Shown here: positions 1-10,300 of the stretch, piece after piece
Numbering within the stretch: the stretch's first letter is position 1
Layout of the letters: each line of letters starts with the position of its first letter
Origin: an uncultured Nitrososphaerota archaeon
GTDB taxonomy: Archaea; Asgardarchaeota; Njordarchaeia; Njordarchaeales; Panguiarchaeaceae
DNA: 26,596 nt
Reading direction: 5' to 3'
Assembly: GCA_964636085.1 (NCBI GenBank)
Contig: CAZWPQ010000030.1
Coordinates: forward strand, 1-26,596
Program-made: the position numbers and the translations under genes
Notes under the pieces: model-generated
What the model was told of the DNA's origin: nothing
What the model saw: the letters and a program-made list of their open reading frames with translations, nothing else
The model's database searches: none

Positions 1-117
1 GAAAAAGTAAGCAGTGGGTGTGTATGGTCGCGAAGCGACACTAAAGCTTTTTTATTGTCCTTTTTATCGGCTCTTTTTCTAATATTTGTATTTATCTTTG
101 TGGTGTAAGAGCTTGTT

Positions 118-390
118 TTGGTGTTGTGTTTGTCTGATTGTGTAAGTGTTACTATTGAAGTGCTAAAGTCGATAAGGATTCCTCCAAAAGAGCTCGAGAG
201 ACGCATAAAACTGGAGCTCGCATTAAGCCTGTATGCCAAGGGAATAGCGACATTTGCTCAAGCAAGAAGAAACGCTGGTTTGTCTAGGTGGGAATTTCTG
301 GAAGAGTTGGGCAAAGCTGGTATACCCAATAAGGTATGACCTTGAGGAGCTTGAAAAGGATGATAAGGTCGTCGAGGAGATAATTAGTGA
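118..390 (+). pseudogene. UPF0175-family putative antitoxin, frameshifted
   Basis: LELALSLYAKGIATFAQARRNAGLSRWEFLEELGKAGIP is typical of UPF0175. The expected tail (IRYDLEELEKDDKVV) continues in another frame after an extra C in ATACCCAATA (~322-331). Start and end are approximate. Confidence 0.75.
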
Positions 391-814
391 AGGTCGTATC
401 AAACGCCACAACAGTAATAGCCCTAGCAAAGATATGTCTTCTCGATCTAATAAAGGAGATTCTTGGGACAATATATATCCCGCCAAAAGTTATGAATGAG
501 ATCTTAGTTCTAGAAAAAGAGGGATATGAAAAATAAGATGCTGACTTCATAAAAGTCGTTGAGATTAGAGATAAGGATCTTGTAAATATATTCACAAAGA
601 TAGAGAGGGGGAAAGCGGAGTCTATTGTTCTTGCAAGAGAACTGAATGTAGATCTTATATTGTTAGATGAAAGGGGTGCCGGACTCCTTGCAGAGCGTCT
701 AGGACTTAAGGTACTGGGGACTGTGGTACTATTATTGCTAGCAAAAAAGAGTAGGATATATTGATAAGATAAAAAACTCTGATAAACGAACTCATTAAAA
801 AGAGATTATTTTAG
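387..814 (+). pseudogene. DUF3368-type PIN-domain (VapC-like) toxin, disrupted
   Basis: Manual translation from GTG 387: MKVVSNATTVIALAKI...IYIPPKVMNEI...EK*DADFIKVVEI...ERGKAESIVLARELNVDLILLDERGAGLLAERLGLKVLGTV. In-frame TAA at 534-536, TGA at 762-764, and a frameshifted tail (LINELIKK). Not in the ORF track. Confidence 0.8.
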
Positions 815-2151
815 CTCCACGCCAGAGTATATCTTGTTGCCTTTACAGTTATGGGGGAGGCAACTACAGGTGTTTTGGACTCTAGCCACCAGTGATATAT
901 TTGTCGGGTTTCTTTGCCTATAGCCACTATGTTCTGGAGCCATCGAATAATATTGTCACTCAGTCTAAGTTCTTTGACAGCATGGACAATTTCTCCGTTT
1001 TTGATGAATAAAACGCCGTCCCTTACTATCCCCGAGAAATCTCCCTTGATATAGTCTTGGAATCTGATATATGTAACATTTCCAATGAGAAGCCCTTCTT
1101 TCATTTCACTGATCATCTCTTCTTCGCTGGAATCTCCTGGTTCTACGATTAGGTTCCATGGGTGAGGAAACACCCATCCAGCATTTCCAGTGTGCTCAGC
1201 ATTCAGTAGTAAAGCAGTGATTCTGTTGTGGAGATATCCCTTCAATTTTCCGTTGTTGATTATTATGTTATTTCTTGTTGGTACCCCCTCATCATCAAAG
1301 GAGACTGGATGAAAGCTATCCTCGTAGTGTGGATCATCCCTAAGGGAGAAGATTTCTGATGCGACTGACTGGCCGAGTTTTTGGACAAAGGAGCTATATC
1401 CCGCGACCACCGCGAAGCCCGAGGCCATCATGCCTACAAAGTTTAGTATGGATGCGACGGCATCCGCAGTAAAGATTGTGGTATATTCTCCCGCCTCAAT
1501 CTTCTTCGGGTCTCTTGAGAGTTTGGCATAGTAGGCTGCTTTCTCACTTACTCTCTTTGGATCAATATTAGAGATTTTTCTTGAGGCCATGGACGCATGT
1601 CCTGTTTGAGTTCCATTGTTGAATGCCCTAACATCGATATACGTATTTGTATATCCGTGTTTACCCTCAAAACCCGAGGATGTAACCAAGGCATAATGAT
1701 ATGCATTCGTATATATGGCGCCAGCTACTTTTTTGACGCCCTCCGCTAGTCCATAATCAATGGCTTTATATGCCAAGTCAACAATCTTCTCAGGCTTCTC
1801 CACAGTCTCTTTGTCATATGTATTAGGGATCGTGGGGTATTTCTCTGCTGGCCTTGGAAGTGGAGCATAATATGGTTTCGGCGGAACAACCTTAAGTGCA
1901 TCTGCAATCTTGCCTATTAGTTCGTCAATTCTGTCTAGGGCCTTGAAGGATAAGTCATATATCAGCATTTTCTTTTCCTTTTCAACAAGAATAGCGACCG
2001 TAATCTCCTCCCATGATTTCACGGCATCTATCTTATTTACCGAAAACCTAGCCTGCCTACTCGTCTTCCTGTTTACAACAACAGCACCAGATTCAGCGAT
2101 TTTTTCTATTTTCTCAAGAATATTCTTAGCAATGTCTAGCTCCTCCACCAT
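811..2151 (-). CDS. tldE: TldE/PmbA family protein (non-catalytic subunit)
   Basis: FDDEGVPT, HTGNAG and LRLSDN motifs; no HExxxH; directly downstream of tldD. Confidence 0.9.
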   Translation of the reverse strand: MVEELDIAKNILEKIEKIAESGAVVVNRKTSRQARFSVNKIDAVKSWEEITVAILVEKEKKMLIYDLSFKALDRIDELIGKIADALKVVPPKPYYAPLPRPAEKYPTIPNTYDKETVEKPEKIVDLAYKAIDYGLAEGVKKVAGAIYTNAYHYALVTSSGFEGKHGYTNTYIDVRAFNNGTQTGHASMASRKISNIDPKRVSEKAAYYAKLSRDPKKIEAGEYTTIFTADAVASILNFVGMMASGFAVVAGYSSFVQKLGQSVASEIFSLRDDPHYEDSFHPVSFDDEGVPTRNNIIINNGKLKGYLHNRITALLLNAEHTGNAGWVFPHPWNLIVEPGDSSEEEMISEMKEGLLIGNVTYIRFQDYIKGDFSGIVRDGVLFIKNGEIVHAVKELRLSDNIIRWLQNIVAIGKETRQIYHWWLESKTPVVASPITVKATRYTLAWS

Positions 2152-2159
2152 ACATCACC

Positions 2160-3578
2160 TCAGAACAGAACCCTTACATTTCTAAGCCTAACATTAGGTC
2201 CGCCAGTAAAGACAGGAACCCCTTGGGATGGGTCGCCCTTACCGCACGTTGCGGGTTGGAACTCTAGGTTTTTATCCATGGCGTCAATACTGCTATAATA
2301 CTTTGGTGTTGTAATTTCAAATATTGGGCGCCAAACAGGAGTTTTCAATTCACCATTTTCGATTAGATATGCTTCCTGTCCTATATATCTCTGATTATAC
2401 CTGCGATCGTCTATGTTCCATTCACCAAAAGTCTTAATGTAAATCCCCTTCTTTATGTCGCTTATCAGTTCTTCAAATTCATAATCACCCGGCGCGATAT
2501 ATGTGTTTGCCATCCGGATTATTGGCTCTTTGTTATATTCTGATGCTCGAGCCGCGGCATTACTCGACATGTTGAGCTTTGCCGCATATTCCCTGTTCAT
2601 TAGAAACTCATTAATAATACCCTTCAATATCAAATATCTAGGTCTTGCCCTGACTCCCTCATCATCATAAAGATAAAAACCATATGAATTCGGCAATGTT
2701 GGATCATCTATAATCGTGACCACATCACTCGCAATCCTCTTACCTAAAAGATCCACCGTCGCGTAGGATTCGCCAGCCTGGGCGCCCTCCCTACCCATAA
2801 TCCTATCAAGCTCGAATGGATGTCCACAAGATTCGTGAGTCGCTAAACCACTAACTTCTGGGCCAAGGACAACATCATAGGTATCTGTCTTAAGGGCCAC
2901 GGCGTTTTTAATCACATTTATAAGTGCCTCTACATCCGATTTTAGAGCATCATGCGGCTTCCATATTTTTATTCCCTCCCACCCAACAGCACCACCAATT
3001 GATATATGGCGTGTAATTGTTCGATCTTTATATGATAGGACATAATAGCACATCAACATCATTCTAGGGACAGAACTCCTAACCATCGTACCATCGGAGT
3101 TAACATATATCTTCTCTGTGGATAGGATGAATACCCCTAAATTCCTGTATGGTATCTTGACCTCATCCTCAAGCGACCGAATCAGCTTGTCCAAATCATT
3201 GAGTATGCCAATCTTCTCTTCCAGCGATACTTCAAAAGCATATTTCCGTGGTTTTAACTCGTACCTAACGCAGTAGCTAGGCTCCTCACTAAGGCTTGCC
3301 GATCCTCTCTTTTGAATCTCCGCCAACTTTACTGCCTCCTCGACTGCACGGGTTATGGTCTCATTGTCTAGTTTGTCGGTTGAGCTAAAGCCAAAGGCAC
3401 CATTCTTGAGTACTCTGACCGACATACCACCACTAATGGAGAGACCATAAGCCTCAACAATTCCAGATCTCATGTATACGGATTCCTCATCGTCTAGTTG
3501 TATTCTAATCTCTGCATAATCAACATTCTTGGATAATGCCATATCTAACGCTTTGATTGCCAAGTCTTCATCCAACAT
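2160..3578 (-). CDS. tldD: TldD family metalloprotease
   Basis: Catalytic HESCGH (HExxxH), YDDEGV, PIIRMANTY and C-terminal TCGKG. The ATG at 3578 follows a GGTGAG RBS (ORF track starts at 3587). Confidence 0.92.
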   Translation of the reverse strand: MLDEDLAIKALDMALSKNVDYAEIRIQLDDEESVYMRSGIVEAYGLSISGGMSVRVLKNGAFGFSSTDKLDNETITRAVEEAVKLAEIQKRGSASLSEEPSYCVRYELKPRKYAFEVSLEEKIGILNDLDKLIRSLEDEVKIPYRNLGVFILSTEKIYVNSDGTMVRSSVPRMMLMCYYVLSYKDRTITRHISIGGAVGWEGIKIWKPHDALKSDVEALINVIKNAVALKTDTYDVVLGPEVSGLATHESCGHPFELDRIMGREGAQAGESYATVDLLGKRIASDVVTIIDDPTLPNSYGFYLYDDEGVRARPRYLILKGIINEFLMNREYAAKLNMSSNAAARASEYNKEPIIRMANTYIAPGDYEFEELISDIKKGIYIKTFGEWNIDDRRYNQRYIGQEAYLIENGELKTPVWRPIFEITTPKYYSSIDAMDKNLEFQPATCGKGDPSQGVPVFTGGPNVRLRNVRVLF

Positions 3579-3753
3579 TGGGCTCACCCATAAAAAATAG
3601 CCATATCGACCTTAAAAGACTTCCGAGGTTTCCACACGAGGGACTCATAAAATATAGAGACAAAAATACAGAAACTCACAATCATGAAAATCACGCAAGA
3701 ATACACCGTATATCATTGTTTATGCTACGAAATATGGGGGGACTGTTCTTGCT

Positions 3754-5115
3754 TTAAATTTTCGCCAATTCCCCCAACATTTTGTTCACAAGCTCTATCG
3801 TTTTTGCGTCGTTATATTTTAGCTTTAGTATTGCCTTTATTAGTTTTTTCTTACATTCGCTTGTGAGGTTTTTGTCTTTTAGTATTGCCCGTATTATTTG
3901 TCTTTTGGCTCTGTTATTCACGAGTTTTTTGTATTCTTCATATCCAAGCTTCATATATTCTGGGTTCCTCTCCGCATAGGACCAACTTCTCATCGTTCTG
4001 TTATAGTATGATATGTGCTCGTGTCGATAATGTTTAACTAGGTTGGCTACCCAATACGCATAATAATCATCGGGAAATGCTACGTTATATAGGTAATCAG
4101 ATCCCTCCACAAAATTCTTACATATGGGACAGTATGTATCGAATGGTTTTGGGTCGACCTCAAGCACTAGTGAAGGAACATGATCCTCATCGCTCCCATC
4201 GGAGAATATCCAGTCAACGATGTTCCAGATTAATTCATCTTTCCTTTCCTCGATGTCATCTAGGGGGATCCGGTGTATTTCGCTAAAAAATTCGTTCTTC
4301 ACTTTTATTTTAATCTTGTTTCTTAGCTGGTTCACCATTTTTTCCCTCATTCTCTCAAAGCTGTCGTCCATATCTAAATCAAGCCCTATTTTCTTTGCTT
4401 TCTCAATAATCCTTCTTTTTGCCTCCAAAATTATTTTGTCCCTATCCTTTATGCTTACAAACTCGCTAACTCTTAAAGTAAGTAGCTCTATTCCTAGCCA
4501 CAGATGCCTATCAACACTTTTTAGTATTTCTCTAAGAACACATAGATCCTCATATTTTAGTCCAACTGCCCGCTTATAGCTTTCATTAAGCTTGGCAAAG
4601 AGCACATTCGCGATATGTATGGGGTTGTTTTCTGCGAAGCCTATCATTCCTAATTTTTGTTTCATAGTCCTTGCAATGGCTTTAAAGATTTTGCTATTTT
4701 TTATATTTAGAAGCTCACCCTCAGAGAACTGCTCACAGATTATATCTACGATTTGTAGCCTAGTATTAAGACTGGTTGTTTCATCGAGCAGCATCTCCAA
4801 AAGTGATTTTCCAGAGTCTATTATTTCGCTTAATTCCACACAGTGGCAAGCCCTGAGCTGTCCATTTCTGAGAAACTTCTCGATAGAACAGACGAGTGAT
4901 TTAAAGTCAACATAATCCTTTCCATCGAATAGTTCTATAAAATCTCTCGAAATCAAGTATAGCTCTATGACAGTTTTTTTATCAAGATTACCCATATATT
5001 TCTCTAGCTTCTTCCTCGGATATTGGACTATGTAAAATCTTGCGAGATGTATGGCATCCATGAGGGAAAGATAGGTTCTAAGCCTCTTGGGGACACATGA
5101 AAGATCCCCCAGCAT
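3754..5115 (-). CDS. Hypothetical protein with a C-terminal C2H2-like metal-binding motif
   Basis: Long ORF. ATG 5115 follows a GGTGA RBS, with TTAAATA on the minus strand at 5164-5170. Motif CPIC-x29-HYRHEH. Confidence 0.75.
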   Translation of the reverse strand: MLGDLSCVPKRLRTYLSLMDAIHLARFYIVQYPRKKLEKYMGNLDKKTVIELYLISRDFIELFDGKDYVDFKSLVCSIEKFLRNGQLRACHCVELSEIIDSGKSLLEMLLDETTSLNTRLQIVDIICEQFSEGELLNIKNSKIFKAIARTMKQKLGMIGFAENNPIHIANVLFAKLNESYKRAVGLKYEDLCVLREILKSVDRHLWLGIELLTLRVSEFVSIKDRDKIILEAKRRIIEKAKKIGLDLDMDDSFERMREKMVNQLRNKIKIKVKNEFFSEIHRIPLDDIEERKDELIWNIVDWIFSDGSDEDHVPSLVLEVDPKPFDTYCPICKNFVEGSDYLYNVAFPDDYYAYWVANLVKHYRHEHISYYNRTMRSWSYAERNPEYMKLGYEEYKKLVNNRAKRQIIRAILKDKNLTSECKKKLIKAILKLKYNDAKTIELVNKMLGELAKI

Positions 5116-5466
5116 GATAGTCACCAAACATATATATTCCCCATAGAAAAGGTTACGCCTCACTATTTAAGGAGGCAAGGGGTATGCAGAGCTCTGTAAT
5201 CAACTAGAAATGAATCTATGTTTAACGATCATATCACAATTTTATCTGCACCATTTTAATCTCTTAGTTAAGTCCACCGACGCTAAATTCCTCTCTTATA
5301 TGTACAACAATACTGGAAAACTGCATGTCAATCTCTCAGTACCTTATTTTATTTTTTGATCTAGTAGCCTCATGATGTGTCTTCATTCTCCGCATTTGGA
5401 TGCCCCTAAATCAGCATAGGCTAATGCATGAAAAACAATACAAATAAATGACAGGGAGCTAAAATA

Positions 5467-5943
5467 TTAATCCCTTGATATGATTCTGTTAAGTAATGCG
5501 ATGAATTTCAGAAAGATTTCGGACTTGCTATGGAGAGCTTCTAGTAGTGTTTCTAGATTTCTTCTCTTTTGGTTTATGACTTTATGGAGTTCTCTTGGTT
5601 CTCTAGGAAGACTATACTTGCTAATATCAACCTTACTTAGCCTACATATTCTCAATAACCAATCCTCTAAACGAGGGCATAGAACAATCAAGTGAGAACC
5701 GCGGCTATTTCTATGTATTTTAACTTGGAGAATCTCATCTACTATTTCCTCGTGAAAATCTTTTGTTACGATACCTTGGGGCGCCATAGGGTCTTCGTCA
5801 ACAAGCCCAAAGGCCTTTCTTTTCGAAAGTTCTTTAAGAACTCCACTTTTATTGCCAGCATGTATTAACATTACCCTCAGTTTAAGTTTATGTAATATAA
5901 AACTGATTAAGGCTTCGTCAGCATAGCATTCTATATAAAACAA
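5467..5943 (-). CDS. Small TOPRIM-fold protein (DUF4435/DUF4276/OLD-like), partner of the upstream ATPase
   Basis: N-terminal YIECYADE (TOPRIM E..D), GNKSGV, LVDED (DxD) and a LEDWLL motif; 5 nt downstream of the ATPase. Confidence 0.7.
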   Translation of the reverse strand: MFYIECYADEALISFILHKLKLRVMLIHAGNKSGVLKELSKRKAFGLVDEDPMAPQGIVTKDFHEEIVDEILQVKIHRNSRGSHLIVLCPRLEDWLLRICRLSKVDISKYSLPREPRELHKVINQKRRNLETLLEALHSKSEIFLKFIALLNRIISRD

Positions 5944-5948
5944 ATGGA

Positions 5949-6899
5949 TTACCTAGTTAATTTTTCTAGGTTGAAGAATATATCGCCACCTAAGTCGAGG
6001 ATTTCTGAAAGTTTGTCTGGGGCAACTATATTCACCCTAGTCTGATAATCCTTATATTCCACAACAATGACATTTATATCGCTTGTCGGCGACTTCTCGA
6101 TTAAGGATATAGCGAAGTATGGGTTATGCGTAGATATGAAATATTGATTCTTATCATCCATAGCTATGCTCTCGGCCAGCAACTTAACATAAAATGGAAA
6201 AGCATGGGTCTCAGGCTCCTCAATAGCTATTACGGAGCCACGATTTGTTAGAATTATAGCAAAATTAAACAAGATCCTAAGCAAAGTATCCGATACCAAA
6301 CCCAGACCAAAAGTTATCGCGACCCCATCAACAATCTTCATAATCTCAATCCTACTTTCATCAGGCTTTAACACCAATGTATAGCCAAACTCCCCAAAAA
6401 GAGAGCCCGCAAACTTTCTTAAGGACGTATTAGATAAAAGCATCCCCAACATATTCTCGCCATCTGGTGGAAGAAGATAGTCCATTGGAGCGGTCTTCGT
6501 TCCAACCCCCCTAAATCTGTAGAATCTGAAGATACGGAAGTCCTCACTTTTTAATGACGGTAATGACTCGGGATAAATGTGTGCTACCGATATTTCATCA
6601 CTAGGAGATATACTAACCCCTATATGCTCGTTCTTCAATACTGCCTGAAACTCATACTCATCCGCTCGGACGAGGAGCTCACGAGAGATATCTCTATCAT
6701 AAAATAAATCTCTAATCATGTTCGTCCTAAGGAAAATCTTTGGGAATCGTGGATGCCCCACATACGAAAGCAAGCCTATGGCCTCCAGAATATTAGACTT
6801 CCCCGAATTTGGGGGGCCAATCAAAATGTTTAATCGTTTGCAATCAATTTCCACCGACACAATAGATTTAAAATTCCTAATCAAAAGTTTCTTGATCAC
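5949..6899 (-). CDS. ABC-type ATPase (AAA_15/AAA_21 family)
   Basis: IRNFKSI start, Walker A GPPNSGKS, degenerate signature VSDT, Walker B IAIEEPE, H-loop ISTHNP. GTG 6899 is the likely start. Confidence 0.88.
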   Translation of the reverse strand: MIKKLLIRNFKSIVSVEIDCKRLNILIGPPNSGKSNILEAIGLLSYVGHPRFPKIFLRTNMIRDLFYDRDISRELLVRADEYEFQAVLKNEHIGVSISPSDEISVAHIYPESLPSLKSEDFRIFRFYRFRGVGTKTAPMDYLLPPDGENMLGMLLSNTSLRKFAGSLFGEFGYTLVLKPDESRIEIMKIVDGVAITFGLGLVSDTLLRILFNFAIILTNRGSVIAIEEPETHAFPFYVKLLAESIAMDDKNQYFISTHNPYFAISLIEKSPTSDINVIVVEYKDYQTRVNIVAPDKLSEILDLGGDIFFNLEKLTR

Positions 6900-7048
6900 A
6901 CTAAACACCAAAAATAATATGATATCCAACATTAAAGAACAAACCAATAAATGAAAAATAAGACATCACATAGCCTCCAAAATACAGATTCAAAATGTCA
7001 TTATGGGAAAAATTAATAGATTTGATCTAATGTTTTCCAACACTATCC

Positions 7049-7289
7049 CTATTGCTCAACTATATCCATTATACGTTGTGCTTTTTCTTCTGGGCGTTTC
7101 GGTAGAAATCTCCATTATAATATAAGAGAATCCCTGAAACATTTCCTCGAATCTTTTACCTATAAATCTAGCAAGCTCATAATACCCTCTCCCGTATGTG
7201 TCCCCACGTTTCTAGATCTCTATTAGCGTTATCTTTGCATTCGGGTTCTTTTGGAATGTCTCCTCAAGATATGGCCTTGTATAGACCAT
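7049..7289 (-). pseudogene. Possible gene remnant with an NMP-kinase-like C-terminus
   Basis: MVYTRPYLEETFQKNPNAKITLIEI*KRGDTYGRGYYELARFIGKRFEEMFQGFSYIIMEISTETP, then after a 1-nt shift EEKAQRIMDIVEQ*. Reads as protein-like; the family guess is weak. Confidence 0.3.
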
Positions 7290-7379
7290 ACTAAGTTGTC
7301 ACAAGCTTTCTTGCGTGTGGCGAATATCTGGCCGATACTTATCATCTACGTGCTCTTTTTCTTGTAATATCTATTTTGA

Positions 7380-10300
7380 TTATATTTGTTTGTAGAGTTT
7401 TAGGTATAGGTATGATGTCGCTATTAGTAGTAAGCCGAGTATCATTAGGCTCGCCGTTATTTTTAGCATTATTGATATCTGTAATGTTTTTATCTGGACT
7501 ATTACGTCGTATGTTCCCTTTGTTAGTGACGCCATTAGTGTTATTATTCCTGTTATGCGTATGTTTTTTCTTTGGCTTATCACTCCCCCGTATATTGATA
7601 GGAACCCCATGATTGCCAGTATTACTGTTGTTTCTATCCTGAGGCCATATTGGTAGAATATCATGGGGATCAGCGTCAGCACCCCATATATTGTATAGAG
7701 AGAATACTTTTCTATCCTATATTTCTTGTCTATAATCCAAGATGCCATGCTTAGTCCAGCCAGATATACTAGTGGCCAGTAGGAAATTACTGTTTTTGTA
7801 ATATAGGTTACTACTCCCACACATATAGCAATTACAAAGTATTGTATCAATGATTTCACAACCATGTATGTCGTACTCTTAGGGGAGAGGAATAAATCCT
7901 TCCGTATGTCCATGATGTATATCATTGTGGGTAGTAGTAGAAGTAAATAGGGGGACATCCCCATGTGGGTTATCGCGTAGAGCATACTGGGTGCATCTAA
8001 TAGAACCACGTTGGGGTTTGTTCTATATGCATATAGTGCTAGTGGCGCTAGGATTATAAGCGTGTAGGTTGTAAATATCGGTGCTGCTTCAATTGTCGCA
8101 ATGGTTGTGTAAGAGAACATTGTTGTTATACATGTTATGCTTGGATATATTTTCTGAGTAACGATGAGCTGGATTATGAGTGTTGTTGGTATTAGCATTG
8201 TGTTGATTGTTTCTATTGTCGAAATATATGATAGTAACACTAGTTCCATTGGGAATAGGTTTAAGGTTATTTCTTTCGAGTGTCTAAGTTTCTTATTTAG
8301 GAGTGTTAATATTATCGTGTTTGAATATCCCATGGCTGCGATCAGATATATGCTCGTGGTTAATGTGAGAATTGCAGACATTACTATTATATGCGATGCA
8401 AGGACATAGAGAGGGGATGTCTCTTGGAAAAACACATTTTTGTAGTAGAGCAGAATCATCGCCCCGGTATATATGATGAATGATGTGTAGATGTTTTTGG
8501 AGCATAGTATCGCCGTTACCGAGGAATACGTTAGGAGAAGCAATATCTCCAACATTATGTCCTCGGATTTTTTCTCCCTTAAACCCCTAAGTTTATAGAG
8601 CGCTAAGGATGTTATTATGACAATTCCCTCGACTAGATAGAATATGTCATAGATCTCCATTTTTTTGAATAGTAGGATTACGATGAATGGAAAGATTATC
8701 ATGTTGGCGTTTATTGTTCCTATCGACTGTAGTACCATGGATAATGCGGTAAAGAATGTGTATACTGTGAGGAACAATAGGACGAAGTAGTCTATGCTTG
8801 TACCCAAGATACTTATGATTATTGTTTTTGAGAGCATCTTGTAGATACTCAGTGCTGTGTATATCGAGATAGAATTGTGGATCATGTTCCTATTCTCGGC
8901 CGGGATTATTTGATGTGAAAAAGAGAACGATAGTGTTGTTAGGGCCACGAGATATAGTTCATGGACATGTATAGAGTTGAGGGCTAGGACAATCGCGGGG
9001 ATTATGGCATAGTAATATGTTTCTTTCCATATAGTATTTCTTCTTCTTTGGATAATAGAGCCTGAAATTGCTACGGTTATTAGGTAGAAGAGATATAGTA
9101 GGCTTGACTTTGTCCCTTCTATAATGTAGTAGGTTATTGATCCGAGGTAGATGCATAAGAAGTACGGTAGTGATATGTTTTTGGTGGTTATTATCGTTGC
9201 TAAGTATATTGCTACCATCATCGCAATATTTAGGTAGACTAAGTCCCTAGCGAGTATATTGAGGATCCCCTGTAGGATGCATGGATAAACTATGCGGATC
9301 AACAATGCTTCTTCTCCGATCTTTAGGTTTTTCCTAATGGATAATCGATCTAGCGTGATTGTGGAGAGGATAAAATATGCGGGTAGTAAGTATGCTAGTA
9401 TGCTCAGGTATACCCTGAGCGTAATTATTATTGTCCCTAAAAATATTACAAACCCATGAAAACCAATCCCTCTACCATTCTCCCCCTTAGACTTGGTGAT
9501 TAAGGATAGGTGCTCTATCGTCCCCAGTATGTAGATGGATGGTAGCTCTAGTAATGGATTTATCGGATATATCACCGTAGCCAATATGTAGGATATGGCC
9601 CCAAGGGATTTTAGAGTATATGTTCTTGTGCTTTCTCCAACATTTGTGGCATCTGGATATGCTATTAGGAAAATGGAGAGATACTGGACGAGCAGAATCA
9701 ACTCTACATATTCTTCTATTATCGTGAAGAGTATCGTCAGCGTGTTCATGAGGTATACTAACAACATTAAAGTGAATAGTACAGATTTTACATCCTCCCA
9801 ACCAACCCTTTCTGCAACATGTTTGCATCCCCAATGCACTTTTCCAATCATTAAAAATGTGGATATCATAAGTAGAGGCGCCCCAATTTTATCAATAATG
9901 AGGCCCTGAGTAGCTAGCGCGATGAAAAATAGGAACCATAGTGCTAATTCCATAGCCATATTTTTAGGCTCTGGGCTTATGGAGCTTCTATATGCGATTA
10001 TGGAATTCCCAATTAGTATAGCAACAATAAAAATGTAGAATATCCATAGAGGAATATTGAAAAGTATGTATACTGCTACCGCTAGGGCTTGAAAACCAAT
10101 AGTGTTTAGTCTTCTGTCAATCTTCTGCGTGCTGTAGAAGAGGTATATTATTGATGGACCGGATAATGATACGACTTGAAGATCCAAGGGTATAATGGGG
10201 TGAGTCTGCATGGAGAGCCATTGGAGCAAGGAAATAAAAAACAATAGTGAGTATGCTGAGGATATAAACCAGGCCCCCGTCCTCATCTTCTCGCTTACTC

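Noticed and set aside
811-3578. TldDE as part of a RiPP biosynthetic cluster
   Set aside because: No YcaO, radical SAM or precursor peptide nearby; stand-alone tldDE pairs are common in archaea.
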